From: Chiloscyllium plagiosum
Lineage: Eukaryota
Assembly: GCF_004010195.1 (NCBI RefSeq)
Contig: NC_057755.1
Coordinates: forward strand, 412,399-476,398
DNA: 64,000 bases
Direction of reading: 5' to 3'
Part shown: in pieces, positions 12,648 through 25,785 of the stretch
Numbering within the stretch: position 1 is the stretch's first letter
How the letters are laid out: every line of letters begins with the position of its first letter
Notes under the pieces: generated by a model
What the model was told of the DNA's origin: nothing
Databases searched by the model: none
Seen by the model: the letters and a program-made list of their open reading frames with translations, nothing else
Position numbers and translations under genes: made by a program

Positions 12648-13176
12648 GTGAGATCAGACAGTGTGTGACCCGCCAGTGAGATCAGACATTGTGTGACCTC
12701 CCCCAGTGAGATCAGACAGTATGTGACTCCCTAGTGAGATCATGCAGTGTACAACACGCCACCAGTGAGATAAGACCGTGGGTGACCCGCAAATGTGGTC
12801 AGGCAGTGTGTGACCCCCCCCCCCCCCACATTGAGATCAGACAGTGGGTGAGCCGCTCCCACCGTGAGATCAGACAGTTTGTGGCACCCACCCACGGTGA
12901 GATCGGACAGTATGTGACCCCCCCCCCAGTGAGACTGGACGGTGTGTGAACCCCCAGTATGTTCAGACAGTGCGTGACCCCTCCGTAGTGTGATCAGACA
13001 GTGTGTGACCCACTCCTCCAGAAAGACCAAACCGTGTGTCAGACAGTGTGTGATCCTCCACTCAGTGTGATCAGACAGTGTGTGCTACCACTCGAGTGAG
13101 TTCAGAAAGTGTGTGACCCACTCCCCCAGTAATATCAGACAGTGTGTGACCCCCCCAGTGAGATCAGACAGTGTGT
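12648..13176. repeat. Minisatellite, ~28-32 bp unit GTGAGATCAGACAGTGTGTGACCCC
   Basis: More than 15 imperfect tandem copies running into the gap. Confidence 0.95.
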
Positions 13177-14176
13177 NNNNNNNNNNNNNNNNNNNNNNNN
13201 NNNNNNNNNNNNNNNNNNNNNNNNNNNNNNNNNNNNNNNNNNNNNNNNNNNNNNNNNNNNNNNNNNNNNNNNNNNNNNNNNNNNNNNNNNNNNNNNNNNN
13301 NNNNNNNNNNNNNNNNNNNNNNNNNNNNNNNNNNNNNNNNNNNNNNNNNNNNNNNNNNNNNNNNNNNNNNNNNNNNNNNNNNNNNNNNNNNNNNNNNNNN
13401 NNNNNNNNNNNNNNNNNNNNNNNNNNNNNNNNNNNNNNNNNNNNNNNNNNNNNNNNNNNNNNNNNNNNNNNNNNNNNNNNNNNNNNNNNNNNNNNNNNNN
13501 NNNNNNNNNNNNNNNNNNNNNNNNNNNNNNNNNNNNNNNNNNNNNNNNNNNNNNNNNNNNNNNNNNNNNNNNNNNNNNNNNNNNNNNNNNNNNNNNNNNN
13601 NNNNNNNNNNNNNNNNNNNNNNNNNNNNNNNNNNNNNNNNNNNNNNNNNNNNNNNNNNNNNNNNNNNNNNNNNNNNNNNNNNNNNNNNNNNNNNNNNNNN
13701 NNNNNNNNNNNNNNNNNNNNNNNNNNNNNNNNNNNNNNNNNNNNNNNNNNNNNNNNNNNNNNNNNNNNNNNNNNNNNNNNNNNNNNNNNNNNNNNNNNNN
13801 NNNNNNNNNNNNNNNNNNNNNNNNNNNNNNNNNNNNNNNNNNNNNNNNNNNNNNNNNNNNNNNNNNNNNNNNNNNNNNNNNNNNNNNNNNNNNNNNNNNN
13901 NNNNNNNNNNNNNNNNNNNNNNNNNNNNNNNNNNNNNNNNNNNNNNNNNNNNNNNNNNNNNNNNNNNNNNNNNNNNNNNNNNNNNNNNNNNNNNNNNNNN
14001 NNNNNNNNNNNNNNNNNNNNNNNNNNNNNNNNNNNNNNNNNNNNNNNNNNNNNNNNNNNNNNNNNNNNNNNNNNNNNNNNNNNNNNNNNNNNNNNNNNNN
14101 NNNNNNNNNNNNNNNNNNNNNNNNNNNNNNNNNNNNNNNNNNNNNNNNNNNNNNNNNNNNNNNNNNNNNNNNNNNN
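13177..14176. other. Assembly gap (1000 N)
   Basis: Run of N. Confidence 1.
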
Positions 14177-16305
14177 CGGAAACATGTTTTCTGCCTCCAG
14201 AGTGTCCAATCCTTTAATAATCTTATATGTCTCAATCAGATCCCCATTCAGTCTTCTAAACTCAAGGGTATACAAGCCCAGTCTCTCCAGTCATTCAGTG
14301 TAAAGTAGTCCCGCCATTCCAGGAATTAACCTCGTGAACCTACGCTGCACTCCCTCAATAGCCAGAATGTCTTTCCTCAAATTTGGAGACCAGAACTGCA
14401 CACAGTAGTCCAGGTGTAGTCTCACCATGGCCCTGCACAACTGCAGAAGCACCTCCTTGCTTCTATACTCAGTCTCTCTTATTATGAAGGCCAGCATGTT
14501 ATTAGCTTTCTTCACTACCTGCTTTACCTACATGCTTATCTTCATTGACTGGTGTACAAGAACACCCAGATCTCTCTGTAATGCCCCTTTACCTAAATTG
14601 ATTCCATTTAGGTAGTAATCTGCCTTCCTCTTCTTGCCATCAATTTGGATAACCATACATTTATCCACATTAACCTGCATCTGCCATGCATCTGACCACT
14701 CACCTAACCTGTCCAGGTCACGCTGTAATCTCCGAACATCCTCCTTACATTTCACCCTGCCACCCAACTTAGTATCATCGGCAAATTTGTAAATGTTATT
14801 GCTAATGCCATCTTCTATATCACTAACATATATTGTAAAAAGCTGAGGTCCCAGCACTTATCCCTGCAGTACCCCACAGGTCACTGCCTGCCATTCCGAA
14901 ATGGAATTGATTAACACTACTCTTTGTTTCCTATCAACCAACCAACTTTCAATCCAAGTTGGTACATTGCTCCAATACCATGCGCCCGAATTTTGCTGAC
15001 TAACCTCCTATGTGGGACTTTATCAAAAGCCTTCTGAAAGTCCAGGTACACTACATCTACTGTATCTCTCTCGTCCATCTTCAAAGTCACATCCTCAAAG
15101 TATTCCAGAAGATTAGTCATGCATGTTTTCCCCTTCACTAATCCATGCTGACTCTGACCTATATGTCGTAATTTCATTCTTTATAATAGACTCCAGCACC
15201 TTTCCCACCACTGAGGTCAGACTAAATAATCTATAATTTCCTGTTTTCTCTCTCCCACCTTTCTTAAAAAGTGTTACAACATTAGCCACCCTCCAATCCG
15301 CAGGAACTGATCCCGAATCTATCAAACGCTGGAAAATAATCAACAACGCATCCACGATTTCTTGAGCCACCTCCTTCAGGCCCATGGGATGTAGACCATC
15401 AGGCTACGGAGACTTATCAAAATTCAGACCTAACAGTCTCTCCAACACCAATTCCTGGCAAATATAAATTCCCTTAAGTTCAGGTCCTTCAGCCACTGTT
15501 ACCTCAGGGAGATTGCTTGTGTCTTGAAGTACCAATTTAATTCTTCTGCCATTTCTTTGTTCCCCGTAATATATTCCCCTGTTTCTGTCTTCAAGGGCCC
15601 AATTTTAGTCTAAACCATTTTTTTTGGCCTTTCACACACCTAAAAAAGCTTTTGCTATCCTCCTTTGTATTTTTGGTCAGTTTACCTTCGTACCTCATTT
15701 TTTTCTCTGCGTATTTCCTTCTTAGTAATCCTCTGTTGTTCTTTAAAAGCTTCCCTGTCCTCCGTTTTCCCACTTATTTTTGCTATGTTATACTTTTACT
15801 CTTTTAACTTTATATGTTTATTAACTTCCCTCGTCAGTCACGGCCACCCATGCCCCCTCCTAGGATCTTTCTTCCTTTTTGGAATGAACTGATCCTGCAA
15901 CTTCTGCATTATACACATAAATATCCGCCTTTGTTCCTCCAATACTAAGGTATTGCACCATTGAACTTTGGCCAGCTCCTCCCTCATAGCTCCATAGTTT
16001 CCTTTATTCAACAGAAATATTATCACTTCCGGTTGTACCCACTCCCTCTCAAATTGCAGATTGAAGCTTATTGTATTATAGTTACTACTTTCCAATGGCT
16101 CCTTCACTTCGAGGTCCATGATAAATTCTGGTTCGTTGCACAATACCAGATCCAGAATTGCCTTCTCCTTGGTCGGCTCCAGCACCAGCTGTTCGAAGAA
16201 TCCATCGCGGAGGAACTCCATAAAGTCTCTTTCTTGAGGTCCAATACCATCCTGATTCTCCCCGTCTACCTGCACATTGAAATCCCCCATAACAAGTGTA
16301 GTAAC
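14177..16305 (-). mobile_element. CR1-type LINE ORF2 (endonuclease end to RT), duplication copy A
   Basis: LVMGDFN, LDLVLCN, VVYLDFQKAFDKVPH, LGPQLFTIYVSD, FADDTKLGG, YCVQFWSP. Confidence 0.95.
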
Positions 16306-17542
16306 ATCTTTGAAGGCTTTGAACACAAAAGTCTCAAGGGAAGGCAAGAAATTGTGAATTTCAGGGAATTGGTCCTTAGGAGAGTGACAACTAAACCCAG
16401 TTACCCAGTCTGAGACTGCAGAATGGAAGATGAATTCAGAGCAGTTTTCGTCACAAGACACAAAATCACAATGGAATCTGGTGTGTTTTTTAGTGCAATA
16501 TGATTTGAACTGAGAGTCTAATCCAGTCTGAGGCAAAGTATAACCAATGCACCTATTCGCCCACAAGTCATCTTGATTGTCCATATTTGAATTGCTGGAT
16601 CTGTTCTGAGTGCAAACTACTTTGCACGGTAGTAGTGCACATAGCATGATAAAGCGTGTCTCCAAAGTGAAGACAAGACTTTATCTCCACAAGGACGATG
16701 TGAGAGTCACTTCTGTCTATACTGTCAAGGGCAGAGACATCTACGACAGATGAGGATAATGTCAATAGGTTGACTTGGTTCCCTCACCACCTATTTCTGC
16801 ACAGTCAGGCACACATGTCCTCCTGGATTTGGCTAGCTTAGTAAGCAGTGCTGCTACCAAAACACTTTTTGGTTGGACATTTTGAAGTTGTCAATTCTGA
16901 GCACCTTTGTGCTCAAGCCACCCTTCGTGCTTCTTCCAAGTGGTGTCCATGTTCAAGTACTCATCAGCTGAGAGAGAGCACTGAGATGGTGCTGATGTCA
17001 TGGGTCTTGGTGCATTCCCAGCGCTATACCCTCCCAGCTGTTTGCTGCCACCTTCAATGGTAGACAGGGCAGAAGCAAGGATGGTGATGGTTATATCTGT
17101 GACATTTGCTGTAATGTATGATTCACAGTGAGTATGGGTCTGTCCGGCTGTTACTTAAATTGTTTGTGGCACAGTTTCCTAATGATGCCAGTTGACAGAT
17201 TTCAGTAAAGTGGACCTTGCAGAATTGACTGGGCAGCTTATGTCATTGTCACTTCCAGGATCCATGTCGATGCCTGGTGTCCCATCCAATTTTTATTTTT
17301 TGTTCCTCTATCATCGTTAGCCGCGTCAGAGCCAGTTAACAATCTCTTACATTGGCTGGAATTCCATGCAAAACGTTTTCACCAGGAATGTGTCAATGAA
17401 TACTCCCAGAGTTGAGTTTGCGCTGATGTGAGTCCATTTGGGTTGTGGAAATCTGTGGGAGTGACAGGATTTCATGAGGTAGCTGTCTGTGTCACAATTG
17501 ATTGTTACAGTTCAACATATTCTTACAGTGAACATAGGAGAT

Positions 17543-17792
17543 ATTAGATTAGATTAGATTACTTACAGTGTGGAAACAGGCCCTTCGGCCCAACAAGTCC
17601 ACACCGCCCCGCTGAAGCGCCACCCACCCATACCCTTACGTTTACCCCTTACCTAACACTACGGGCAATTTAGCATGGCCAATTCACCTGACCTGCACAT
17701 CTTTGTGACTGTGGGAGGAAACCGGAGCACCCGGAGGAAACCCACGCAGACACGGGGAGAACGTGCAAACTCCACACAGTTAGTCGCCTGAG
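17543..17792 (-). mobile_element. HE1-type SINE, 5'-truncated, only in copy A
   Basis: (TTAGA)n tail, GGAAACAGGCCCTTCGGCCCAACAAGTCC body; empty site near 27180. Confidence 0.9.
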
Positions 17793-17931
17793 GTGATTAC
17801 TGATAGGGGAAAGGAGGAAATGCTATTATTTGTAACAAATCAAAGTTTTCACTGCATTATTTCTGTCTACACATTCTATTGATATTATACCTGATACAAA
17901 GCATACGAATCTGGTAATACTGGTCGTCAGC

Positions 17932-17994
17932 ATTGCTAAATGATTAAACAGGGAAGAAGATCCAATACCTCGCAAAGTGTTAGAATGGACACAG
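17932..17994 (+). pseudogene. NLR first coding exon, decayed (copy A)
   Basis: (I)AK*LNREEDPI..SQSVRMDT then phase-1 donor ACAG|GTTAGT, compatible with the acceptor at 18950. Confidence 0.55.
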
Positions 17995-18949
17995 GTTAGT
18001 TGAGAAGTTCATGTAAAATATAATTTGAAAAGGGCCGCTGAATGCACACATACAGAGTTCAGGCAAAGCTGCAGTCACACACAGTCAGTGGTCCCTCCCA
18101 CTTCACTTCCTTTTCCTGTCTCTCTCAAACTCTCTCTTTTCCACAGTCTCTCGCCCTCTGTCTCTTTCACCTCCTCACTATCTGTCAGTCATGCTCCCTC
18201 TCTCACTCACCATCTCTATTTTCTAACTCGCCCTCTCTCTTGTGCGCTGTCTAACTCAATAGCACCTCACCCTCTCTGTTGACTCGCTGTGTCTCTGTCA
18301 TCCCTCCCTCTTCCACTCCCTCCCCCCACCCTGTTGCTCCTTCTCTCTTTCACCACTCTGCAAATGTACCATTACCGTTTTGTACAATTTTAAGAGTTTG
18401 AGTCAGAAGATGCTGGCCTCAAAGGATAATGATGGGGCTGGAGCTCATTCATAAGCTACTTTTCTTCACGAGAAAGTTTCCGCTGCCTGCTCAAATCCAT
18501 TGCCCTCACCTTCAGAAATGGAGAGTTGCTTTTAGCACCTCTGCAGACATGATGCATTTCAAGGCGTCTGATCTGTTCGTGAGCGAGGCTCAAAGATTAG
18601 GAATCAGCACTTTCTTTGTTCCAAAATTTTCACTGTCTCTGATGAGTTTTGAAAGCTCTTCATGAATTATTATAAGTTGGATAAAGAGAATTATTTTTAA
18701 GGAACCTCTGGATTTTGTATTTCAGTATCAAAGTAATCAACCGAAAGCGGTGGAGGGGATGGTCAAGGGAGAGTGGCACAGTTAAGTCACGTTTGACAAA
18801 TATTATCAATTTTGAATAGTATGAACAGGTAGATTGGACATATTTGAAGACTGTGCTGACAATGTGGTTCACACATATATTCAGTTACTCAATATAAAAG
18901 GAATAATAACTGACTGGGTATAAAGTTTGATATATGTTTGTGCTCACAG

Positions 18950-19113
18950 GTCCATTCTCCACAATTACTCAGTTCTTGAAAGTGTGTACGAGCTACCAAC
19001 TATTGTGGATGGTGAAATTCTACTGGAACAGACTTGAAGAAGCGATTGAAGAAGGAGTGGATAGACTCGGCTCATTGTTAACATTTGAGAGGCTTTTCAG
19101 TGGAAAACAACAT
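18950..19113 (+). pseudogene. NLR N-terminal death-fold exon (copy A, open frame)
   Basis: CACAG| then PFSTITQFLKVCTSYQLLWMVKFYWNRLEEAIEEGVDRLGSLLTFERLFSGKQH, typical of chondrichthyan NLR N-termini. Donor unclear. Confidence 0.75.
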
Positions 19114-19389
19114 GCAGAAAGTTGAAGGGACACAGAATGGTTCCAATTATATAACTATCACAAAGCTGGGAGAATAATAACAAAGGAAATGCTGGATGAA
19201 TAAGAAGACCAAAGTTTTCAAACATCCTGATAGTCTCATGCTGTAATAATGTTGGCGTTACTAATCAATCACAGTCATCAGTTCTTTCTGAACAAATCCA
19301 GACCTGAAGTGAGAAACAGTTCTTTCTGAACAAATCCAGACCTGAAGTGAGAAAATCACCAGTGTTTGTGAATGAAATATTCAATTATG

Positions 19390-19940
19390 GGTGGTTACAT
19401 ATTGGCATGGATAGAAGCTTAGCTCGTCAAAGGAATCAGTGCTTGGGTCTTTTACTTTTTGTGACATGTATACATGATGTAGATGCGAATGTTGGGGAAT
19501 GATAAGCAAATATGCAGATGATAAAACGAATGGCCAGTTAGTTAGGACAATGAAGAGGAAAGTGTTAGGTAACATGATGATATAAACAGCTTGATCAAAT
19601 GCGCAGATCAGTGGCAGATTGGAATGTAACCTGATAAATGTGATGCACTTTAGAAGAATTAAGAAGACAAGGGAGTACTCTATGAATGAAGGACACTTGG
19701 AATTTCAGAGGGACTTTCAGATAGTTTGTACACAGAAGAAGGGAGAGCAGGTTTATCGGGTCATTAAGAAGACACATGACACAGTTGTAATTATCATTCA
19801 AGAAATAAATTCTCGGTGCAGGGGAAAGCTGTACAGGTCTTTGGTTGGGCCATCGCTGGAGTACAGTCTGCCATTCTGGTCACCACACTGTAGGAAGGAT
19901 GTTTCCATGTGGAGGGCATTTTAGTGATGAAGAGAAGCTG
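19390..19940 (+). mobile_element. Decayed CR1 fragment (twin at ~28750-29340)
   Basis: KYADDK, LYRSLVGPSLEYSLPFWSPH. Confidence 0.7.
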
Positions 19941-20509
19941 GAGAAACACAGTTTTGTTGTCCTTTTACAGAAAGCTGGAGAAACACAGTTTTGTTGTCCT
20001 TTTACAGAAGAGGGGAATCTGGTTGCGATACTGTAGATTATGAGATAATTATTGTAGAATCCCCAGAGCATGGAAACAGGCCCTTTGGCCCAAAAATCCC
20101 ACAGCGACCTCCTGAACAGTGTCCCACCCAGACCCATTCGCCATTACTCTACATTTAATGAAATAAAGGTGGATAGGAAACTGAATTCCAGAGAGGACAT
20201 AAGGAGCCTACAAAGAGGTATAAGTAGGTTAAGAAAGTCAGTGAAGATCTGGCAAATGTATGATGTGGGAAAGTGCACAATTGTCTAATTTGGCAGGACG
20301 AATAAAGAAGAAGTACACATTCTAAATGGTGAGAGATTGACATTTTAACATGTTGGAAGCATTTCAGAAAAGGTTTACTACAAGATGTTCAACATGGACT
20401 GGTTGACCCCCAAAGGGTGTGTTTACTCTATGAGAATCAGAGAGCTCTACAACATGGAAACAGATATTTTAATCCAACTCATCAATGCCGAACAGGTATC
20501 ATCACAACA

Positions 20510-20790
20510 CCAGGGACCCGCTTTCAAATCTACCTCGGTCATCTGCCTGTGTGGAGTTTGTGCATTCTCCCTGTGGGTTTTCTCCAGCTGCTCCAGTTTT
20601 TAGATATGCAGGATAGGTGGATTCGCCATGCTAAATTTTCCAGGAAGGTGCAGGATAGGTGCAATAGCCATGGAAATTGCAGGGTTATTGGATAGAGTGA
20701 GGGGGGTGGATCTGGGTTGAATGTTCTTCAAGGTTTGGTGTGGATTCGATGGTCTGAACGGCGTACTTTCACACCAGACATTCTATACAT
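20510..20790 (+). mobile_element. Decayed HE1-like SINE (twin at ~30400-30680)
   Basis: TGTGTGGAGTTTGTGCATTCTCCC..GGTGGATTCGCCATGCTAAATT. Confidence 0.7.
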
Positions 20791-21016
20791 CTGTGACTTA
20801 TTAAGTATTGGTGTACCTAATGTCATCAGCTTAGAAGAAATTTTATCCTCATCCCCAACTACAGTCTCACGCTGTATCTAACTTTACTGTCTCCAATACA
20901 TCATAAATATTGTTTGATTCTCCCTCCATAACATTATTCCAGTGTCTCCTATCTCAGTCTGTGAGCTGCGGAAACACCCATTCATGCTTTGGACACACTA
21001 AGCAATAATGACTTCT

Positions 21017-21330
21017 TTTAATCATTCACGGGGTGCGGGCATGGTTGACCAAGCCAGCATTTACTGACCAGAAGGCAGTTAAGAATCAACCACATTGCTG
21101 TGGGTCTGGAGTCACGTTTTGGCCAGACCAGGTAAGGACAGCAGTTTCCTACACTAAAGGACATTAGTGACTCAGATGTTTTTTCCAACATTCAAAAATA
21201 GATTCAAGATCATCATTAGACTTTGAATTCCAGATTTTACTGAGTGGAATTGCACCATCTTCCATGGCGCGATTCGAACCCGGATCCCCCAAGCATTATG
21301 CAGGGCACTGTATAAACAGCTTAATACCAC
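21017..21330 (-). mobile_element. Deu-domain SINE (SacSINE1-like); twin at ~30945-31265
   Basis: AACCACATTGCTGTGGGTCTGGAGTCAC..GGCCAGACCAGGTAAGGAC..GGACATTAGTGA; B-box GGTTCGAATC on the minus strand. Confidence 0.75.
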
Positions 21331-21544
21331 TCGGACTTTGACTTTAAAATAACTTAAGTGCTATTGTGACAGGCTTTACTTTGAGCTCGTTAAACTTCAG
21401 TTGTCCAAGCTCTTTTACATCTATCCTATCCCACCTGACTGCCAGTGCTCCTGGTGCTCAAATAACTATCATTCAAATATCCTGCCTCCAGTTTAAGTCG
21501 GTTAATGGCCTCAATCCAGACTATTTCTGTAACCCGTCAGGATC

Positions 21545-22765
21545 ATTGAGTCATAGAGATGTGCAACAAGAAAATAGACCATTATAAACAACTTGTCCAT
21601 GCCGACTAGATATCGCAACCCAATCTAGTTCCACCTGCCAGCACCTGGACCATATTCCTCCAAACCCTTCCTATTGATATACCCATCCAGATGCCTTTAA
21701 ATGTAGCCATTGTAACAGCCTCCACCACTTCCTTTGGCAGCTCACTCCAAGCACGTATCACCCTCTGTGTGAAAAAGTTGCCCTTAGGTCTCTTTTATAA
21801 CTTTCCCCTCTCACCCTGAACCTATGCCCTATAGTTCTGTATTCCCTCAGCCCAGGGAAAATATTTTGTCTGTTTATCGTTTCCATGCCCCTCATGATTT
21901 TATTAACCTCTATAAGGTCACCCCTCAGCCACCAATGCTCCAGTGAAAACAGCCCTAGCTTATTCAAACTCTCTCTATAGCTCAGATCCTCCAACCCAGG
22001 TAACATCCTTGTAAATCTTTTCTGAACCCTTTCAAGTTTCACAATATCTTTCCGTTAGGAAGGAGACCAGAATTGCACGCAATATTCCAACAGTGGCCGA
22101 ATCAATGTCTGGTACAGCCGCAAAATGGCGTCCCAACTACTGTACTTTATACTCTGACCAATAAAGGTACGCATGTCTAACGCCTTCCTCACGATCCTAT
22201 CTACCTGCGACTCCACTTTCAAGGAGCTATGAACCTGCCCTCCAAGTTCTGTTTGTTCAGCAGCACTCCCGAGTACCTTACCATTAAGTGTATAGGTTTT
22301 GCTAAGAATTGCTTCCCAAAATGCAGCACCTCACATTTATCTGAATTGCACTCCATCTGCCACGTCTCAGCCCATTGGCCCATCGGATCAATATCCCATT
22401 GTAATCTGAGGTACCTTGCTTCGATGTCCACTATACCTCGAATTTTGGTGTCATCAGCAAACTTACTAACAATACCTCGTATGCTCACATCCAAATCAAT
22501 TATTGAAATGATGAAAAGTAGAGGACCCAGTACCGACCCTTGTGGCACTCCACTGGTTACAGGCCTCCAGTCTGAAAAACACAACCACCACACTCTGTCT
22601 TCTACCTTTGAGCCAATTCTGTATCCAACTTGCGAGTCCTCCCTGTATTCCGTGAGATCTAACCTTTCTCACCAGTCTCCCATGGGGAACCTTGTCAAAC
22701 GCCTTACTGAAGTTCATATAGCTCACATCTACTGCTCTGCCCTCATCAATCCTCTTTCGACTTAT
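21545..22765 (-). mobile_element. CR1/HER1 LINE 3' part
   Basis: [43 protein letters not shown]. Confidence 0.95.
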
Positions 22766-23850
22766 CTTCTGTGCTGTGACCTTTCTCAAGCAGGTTTCTT
22801 GAAATCTGTGTTCCCTCTGTTTATGTTTTCTTCCTCACATCTCCATATCTTTACACGATCAGCAGTGACTGAGTTTGAATCAAGTTCAGTGTGATAGTGA
22901 GACAGGAATGGTCATTCCATTGAATGGGAAAGAATGGCAGCAAATCTGGCTCTTATTGCAGAAACTGATCAGTTGACAATTCTGTGCCATGAACATTACT
23001 TCTCACTTGTCAAACCAATCCAGGTTGTCATCCAGGGCTGGCATCCAGGGCTTCTCACATGGTTGAACACAGTTGATCCCAATGTCTAACGCCTTCCTCA
23101 CGATCCTATCTACCTGCGACTCCACTTTCAAGGAGCTATGAACCTGCCCTCCAAGTTCTGTTTGTTCAGCAGCACTCCCGAGGACCTTACCATTAAGTGT
23201 ATAGGTTTTGCTAAGAATTGCTTTCCAAAAATGCAGCACCTCACATTTATCTGAATTGCACTCCATCTGCCACGTCTCAGCCCATTGGCCCATCGGATCA
23301 ATATCCCATTGTAATCTGAGGTAACTTGCTTCGCTGTCCACTATACCTCGAATTTTGGTGTCATCAGCAAACTTACTAACAATACCTCGTATGCTCACAT
23401 CCAAATCAATTGTTTAAATGATGAAAAGTAGAGGACCCAGTACCGAACCTTGTGGCACTCCACTGGTTACAGGCCTCCAGTCTGAAAAACACAACCACCA
23501 CACTCTGTCTTCGACCTTTGAGCCAATTCTGTATCCAACTTGCGAGTCCTCCCTGTATTCCGTGAGATCTAACCTTTCTCACCAGTCTCCCATGGGGAAC
23601 CTTGTCAAACGCCTTACTGAAGTTCATATAGCTCACATCTACTGCTCTGCCCTCATCAATCCTCTTTCGACTTATCTTCTGTGCTGTGACCTTTCCCAAG
23701 CAGGTTTCTTGAAATCTGTGTTCCCTCTGTTTATGTGTTCTTCCTCACATCTCCATATCTTTACATGATCAGCAGTGACTGAGTTTGAATCAAGTTCAGT
23801 GTGTTAGTGAGACAGGAATGGTCATTCCATTGAATGGGAAAGAATGGCAG
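22173..23850 (+). repeat. Local tandem repeat, 909 bp period, ending at the gap
   Basis: 22173-23081 restarts at 23082 (junction GATCCCA|ATGTCTAAC). Confidence 0.9.
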
Positions 23851-24350
23851 NNNNNNNNNNNNNNNNNNNNNNNNNNNNNNNNNNNNNNNNNNNNNNNNNN
23901 NNNNNNNNNNNNNNNNNNNNNNNNNNNNNNNNNNNNNNNNNNNNNNNNNNNNNNNNNNNNNNNNNNNNNNNNNNNNNNNNNNNNNNNNNNNNNNNNNNNN
24001 NNNNNNNNNNNNNNNNNNNNNNNNNNNNNNNNNNNNNNNNNNNNNNNNNNNNNNNNNNNNNNNNNNNNNNNNNNNNNNNNNNNNNNNNNNNNNNNNNNNN
24101 NNNNNNNNNNNNNNNNNNNNNNNNNNNNNNNNNNNNNNNNNNNNNNNNNNNNNNNNNNNNNNNNNNNNNNNNNNNNNNNNNNNNNNNNNNNNNNNNNNNN
24201 NNNNNNNNNNNNNNNNNNNNNNNNNNNNNNNNNNNNNNNNNNNNNNNNNNNNNNNNNNNNNNNNNNNNNNNNNNNNNNNNNNNNNNNNNNNNNNNNNNNN
24301 NNNNNNNNNNNNNNNNNNNNNNNNNNNNNNNNNNNNNNNNNNNNNNNNNN
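23851..24350. other. Assembly gap (500 N)
   Basis: Run of N. Confidence 1.
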
Positions 24351-25785
24351 GGAATTGGTTAAAGCTACTCTTTGTTTCCTATCAACCAACCAACTTTCAA
24401 TCCAAGTTAGTACATTGCCCCCAATACCATGCGCCCTAGTTTTGCTGACTAACCTCCTATGTGGGACTTTATCAAAAGCCTTCTGAAAGTCCAGGTACAC
24501 TACATCTACTGGATCTCTCTCATCCATCTTCAAAGTCACAGCCTCAAAAAATTCCAGAAGGTTAGTCAAGCATGATTTCCCCTTCACAAATCCATGCTGA
24601 CTCTGACCTATATGTCGCAATTTCATCCTTTATAATAGACTCCAGCACCTTTCCCACCACTGAGGTCAGACTAACTAATCTATAATTTCCTGTTTTCTCT
24701 CTCCCACCTTTCTTAAAAAGTGGTACAACATTAGCCACCCTCCAATCCGCAGGAACTGATCCCGAATTTATCAAACGCTGGAAAATAATCAACAACTCAT
24801 CCACGATTTATTGAGCCACCTCCTTCGGTACCCTGGGATGTAGACCATCAGGCCCAGGGGACTTATCAAAATTCAGAACTAACAGTCTCTCCAACACCAA
24901 TTCCTGGCAAATATAAATTCCCTTAAGTTCAGGTCCTTCAGCCACTGTTACCTCAGGGAGATTGCTTGTGTCTTTGGCAGTGAACACAGATCTGAAGTAC
25001 CAATTCAATTCTTCTGCCATGTCTTTGTTCCCCGTAATATATTCCCCTGTTTCTGTCTTCAAGTGTCCAATTTTAGTCTAAACCATTTTTTCTGGCCTTT
25101 CACACACCTAAAAAAGCTTTTGCTATCCTCCTTTGTATTTTTGGTCAGTTTACCTTCGTACCTCATTTTTTTTCTCTGCGTATTTCCTTCTTAGTAATCC
25201 ACTGTTGTTCTTTAAAAGCTTCCCTGTCCTCCGTTTTCCCACTTATTTTTGCTATGTTATACTTTACTCTTTTAACTTTATATGTTTCTTAACTTCCCTC
25301 GTCAGTCACGGCCACCCATGCCCCCTCCTAGGATCTTTCTTCCTTTTTGGAATGAACTGATCCTACAACTTCTGCATTATACACATAAATATCCGCCTTT
25401 GTTCCTCCACTGTCATCCCTACTAAGGTATTGCACCATTGAACTTTGGCCAGCTCCTCCCTCATAGCTCCATTGTTTCCTTTATTCAACAGAAATATTGT
25501 CACTTCCGGTTGTACCCACTCCCTCTCAAATTGCAGATTGAAGCTTATTGTATTATAGTTACTACTTCCCAATGGCTCCTTCACTTCGAGGTCCATGATC
25601 AATTCTGGTTTGCTGCACAATACCAGATCAAGAATTGCCTTCTCCTTGGTCGGCTCCAGCACCAGCTGTTCTAAGAATCCATCTCGGAGGAACTCCATAA
25701 AGTCTCTTTCTTGAGGTCCAATACCATCCTGATTCTCCCCATCGACCTGCACATTGAAATCCCCCATAACAAGTGTAGTAATATC
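24351..25785 (-). mobile_element. CR1-type LINE ORF2 fragment, duplication copy B
   Basis: LVMGDFN, KSPGPDGLHPRV, QHGFVKGKSCLTNL, DFQKAFDKVPH. Confidence 0.95.

Larger units (their letters stand above)
14903..23081 (+). repeat. Tandem segmental duplication, copy A (pairs with 24351-33030)
   Basis: Collinear near-identity, e.g. ORF pairs 16568/26212, 18429/27834, 19381/28744, 20417/30308. Confidence 0.95.

Noticed and set aside
12648..13176. CRISPR-like repeat/spacer appearance
   Set aside because: Variable parts are only a few C-rich bases, not unique spacers; eukaryotic minisatellite with no cas genes.
13080..14308. Long ORFs of 350-400 aa (also 23785-24626 and 44928-45221)
   Set aside because: They read through N gaps.
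15838..16665. 275-aa ORF (twin 25363-26013)
   Set aside because: Chance read-in from flank into a CR1 endonuclease fragment; the N-terminal part is not kept in the twin.
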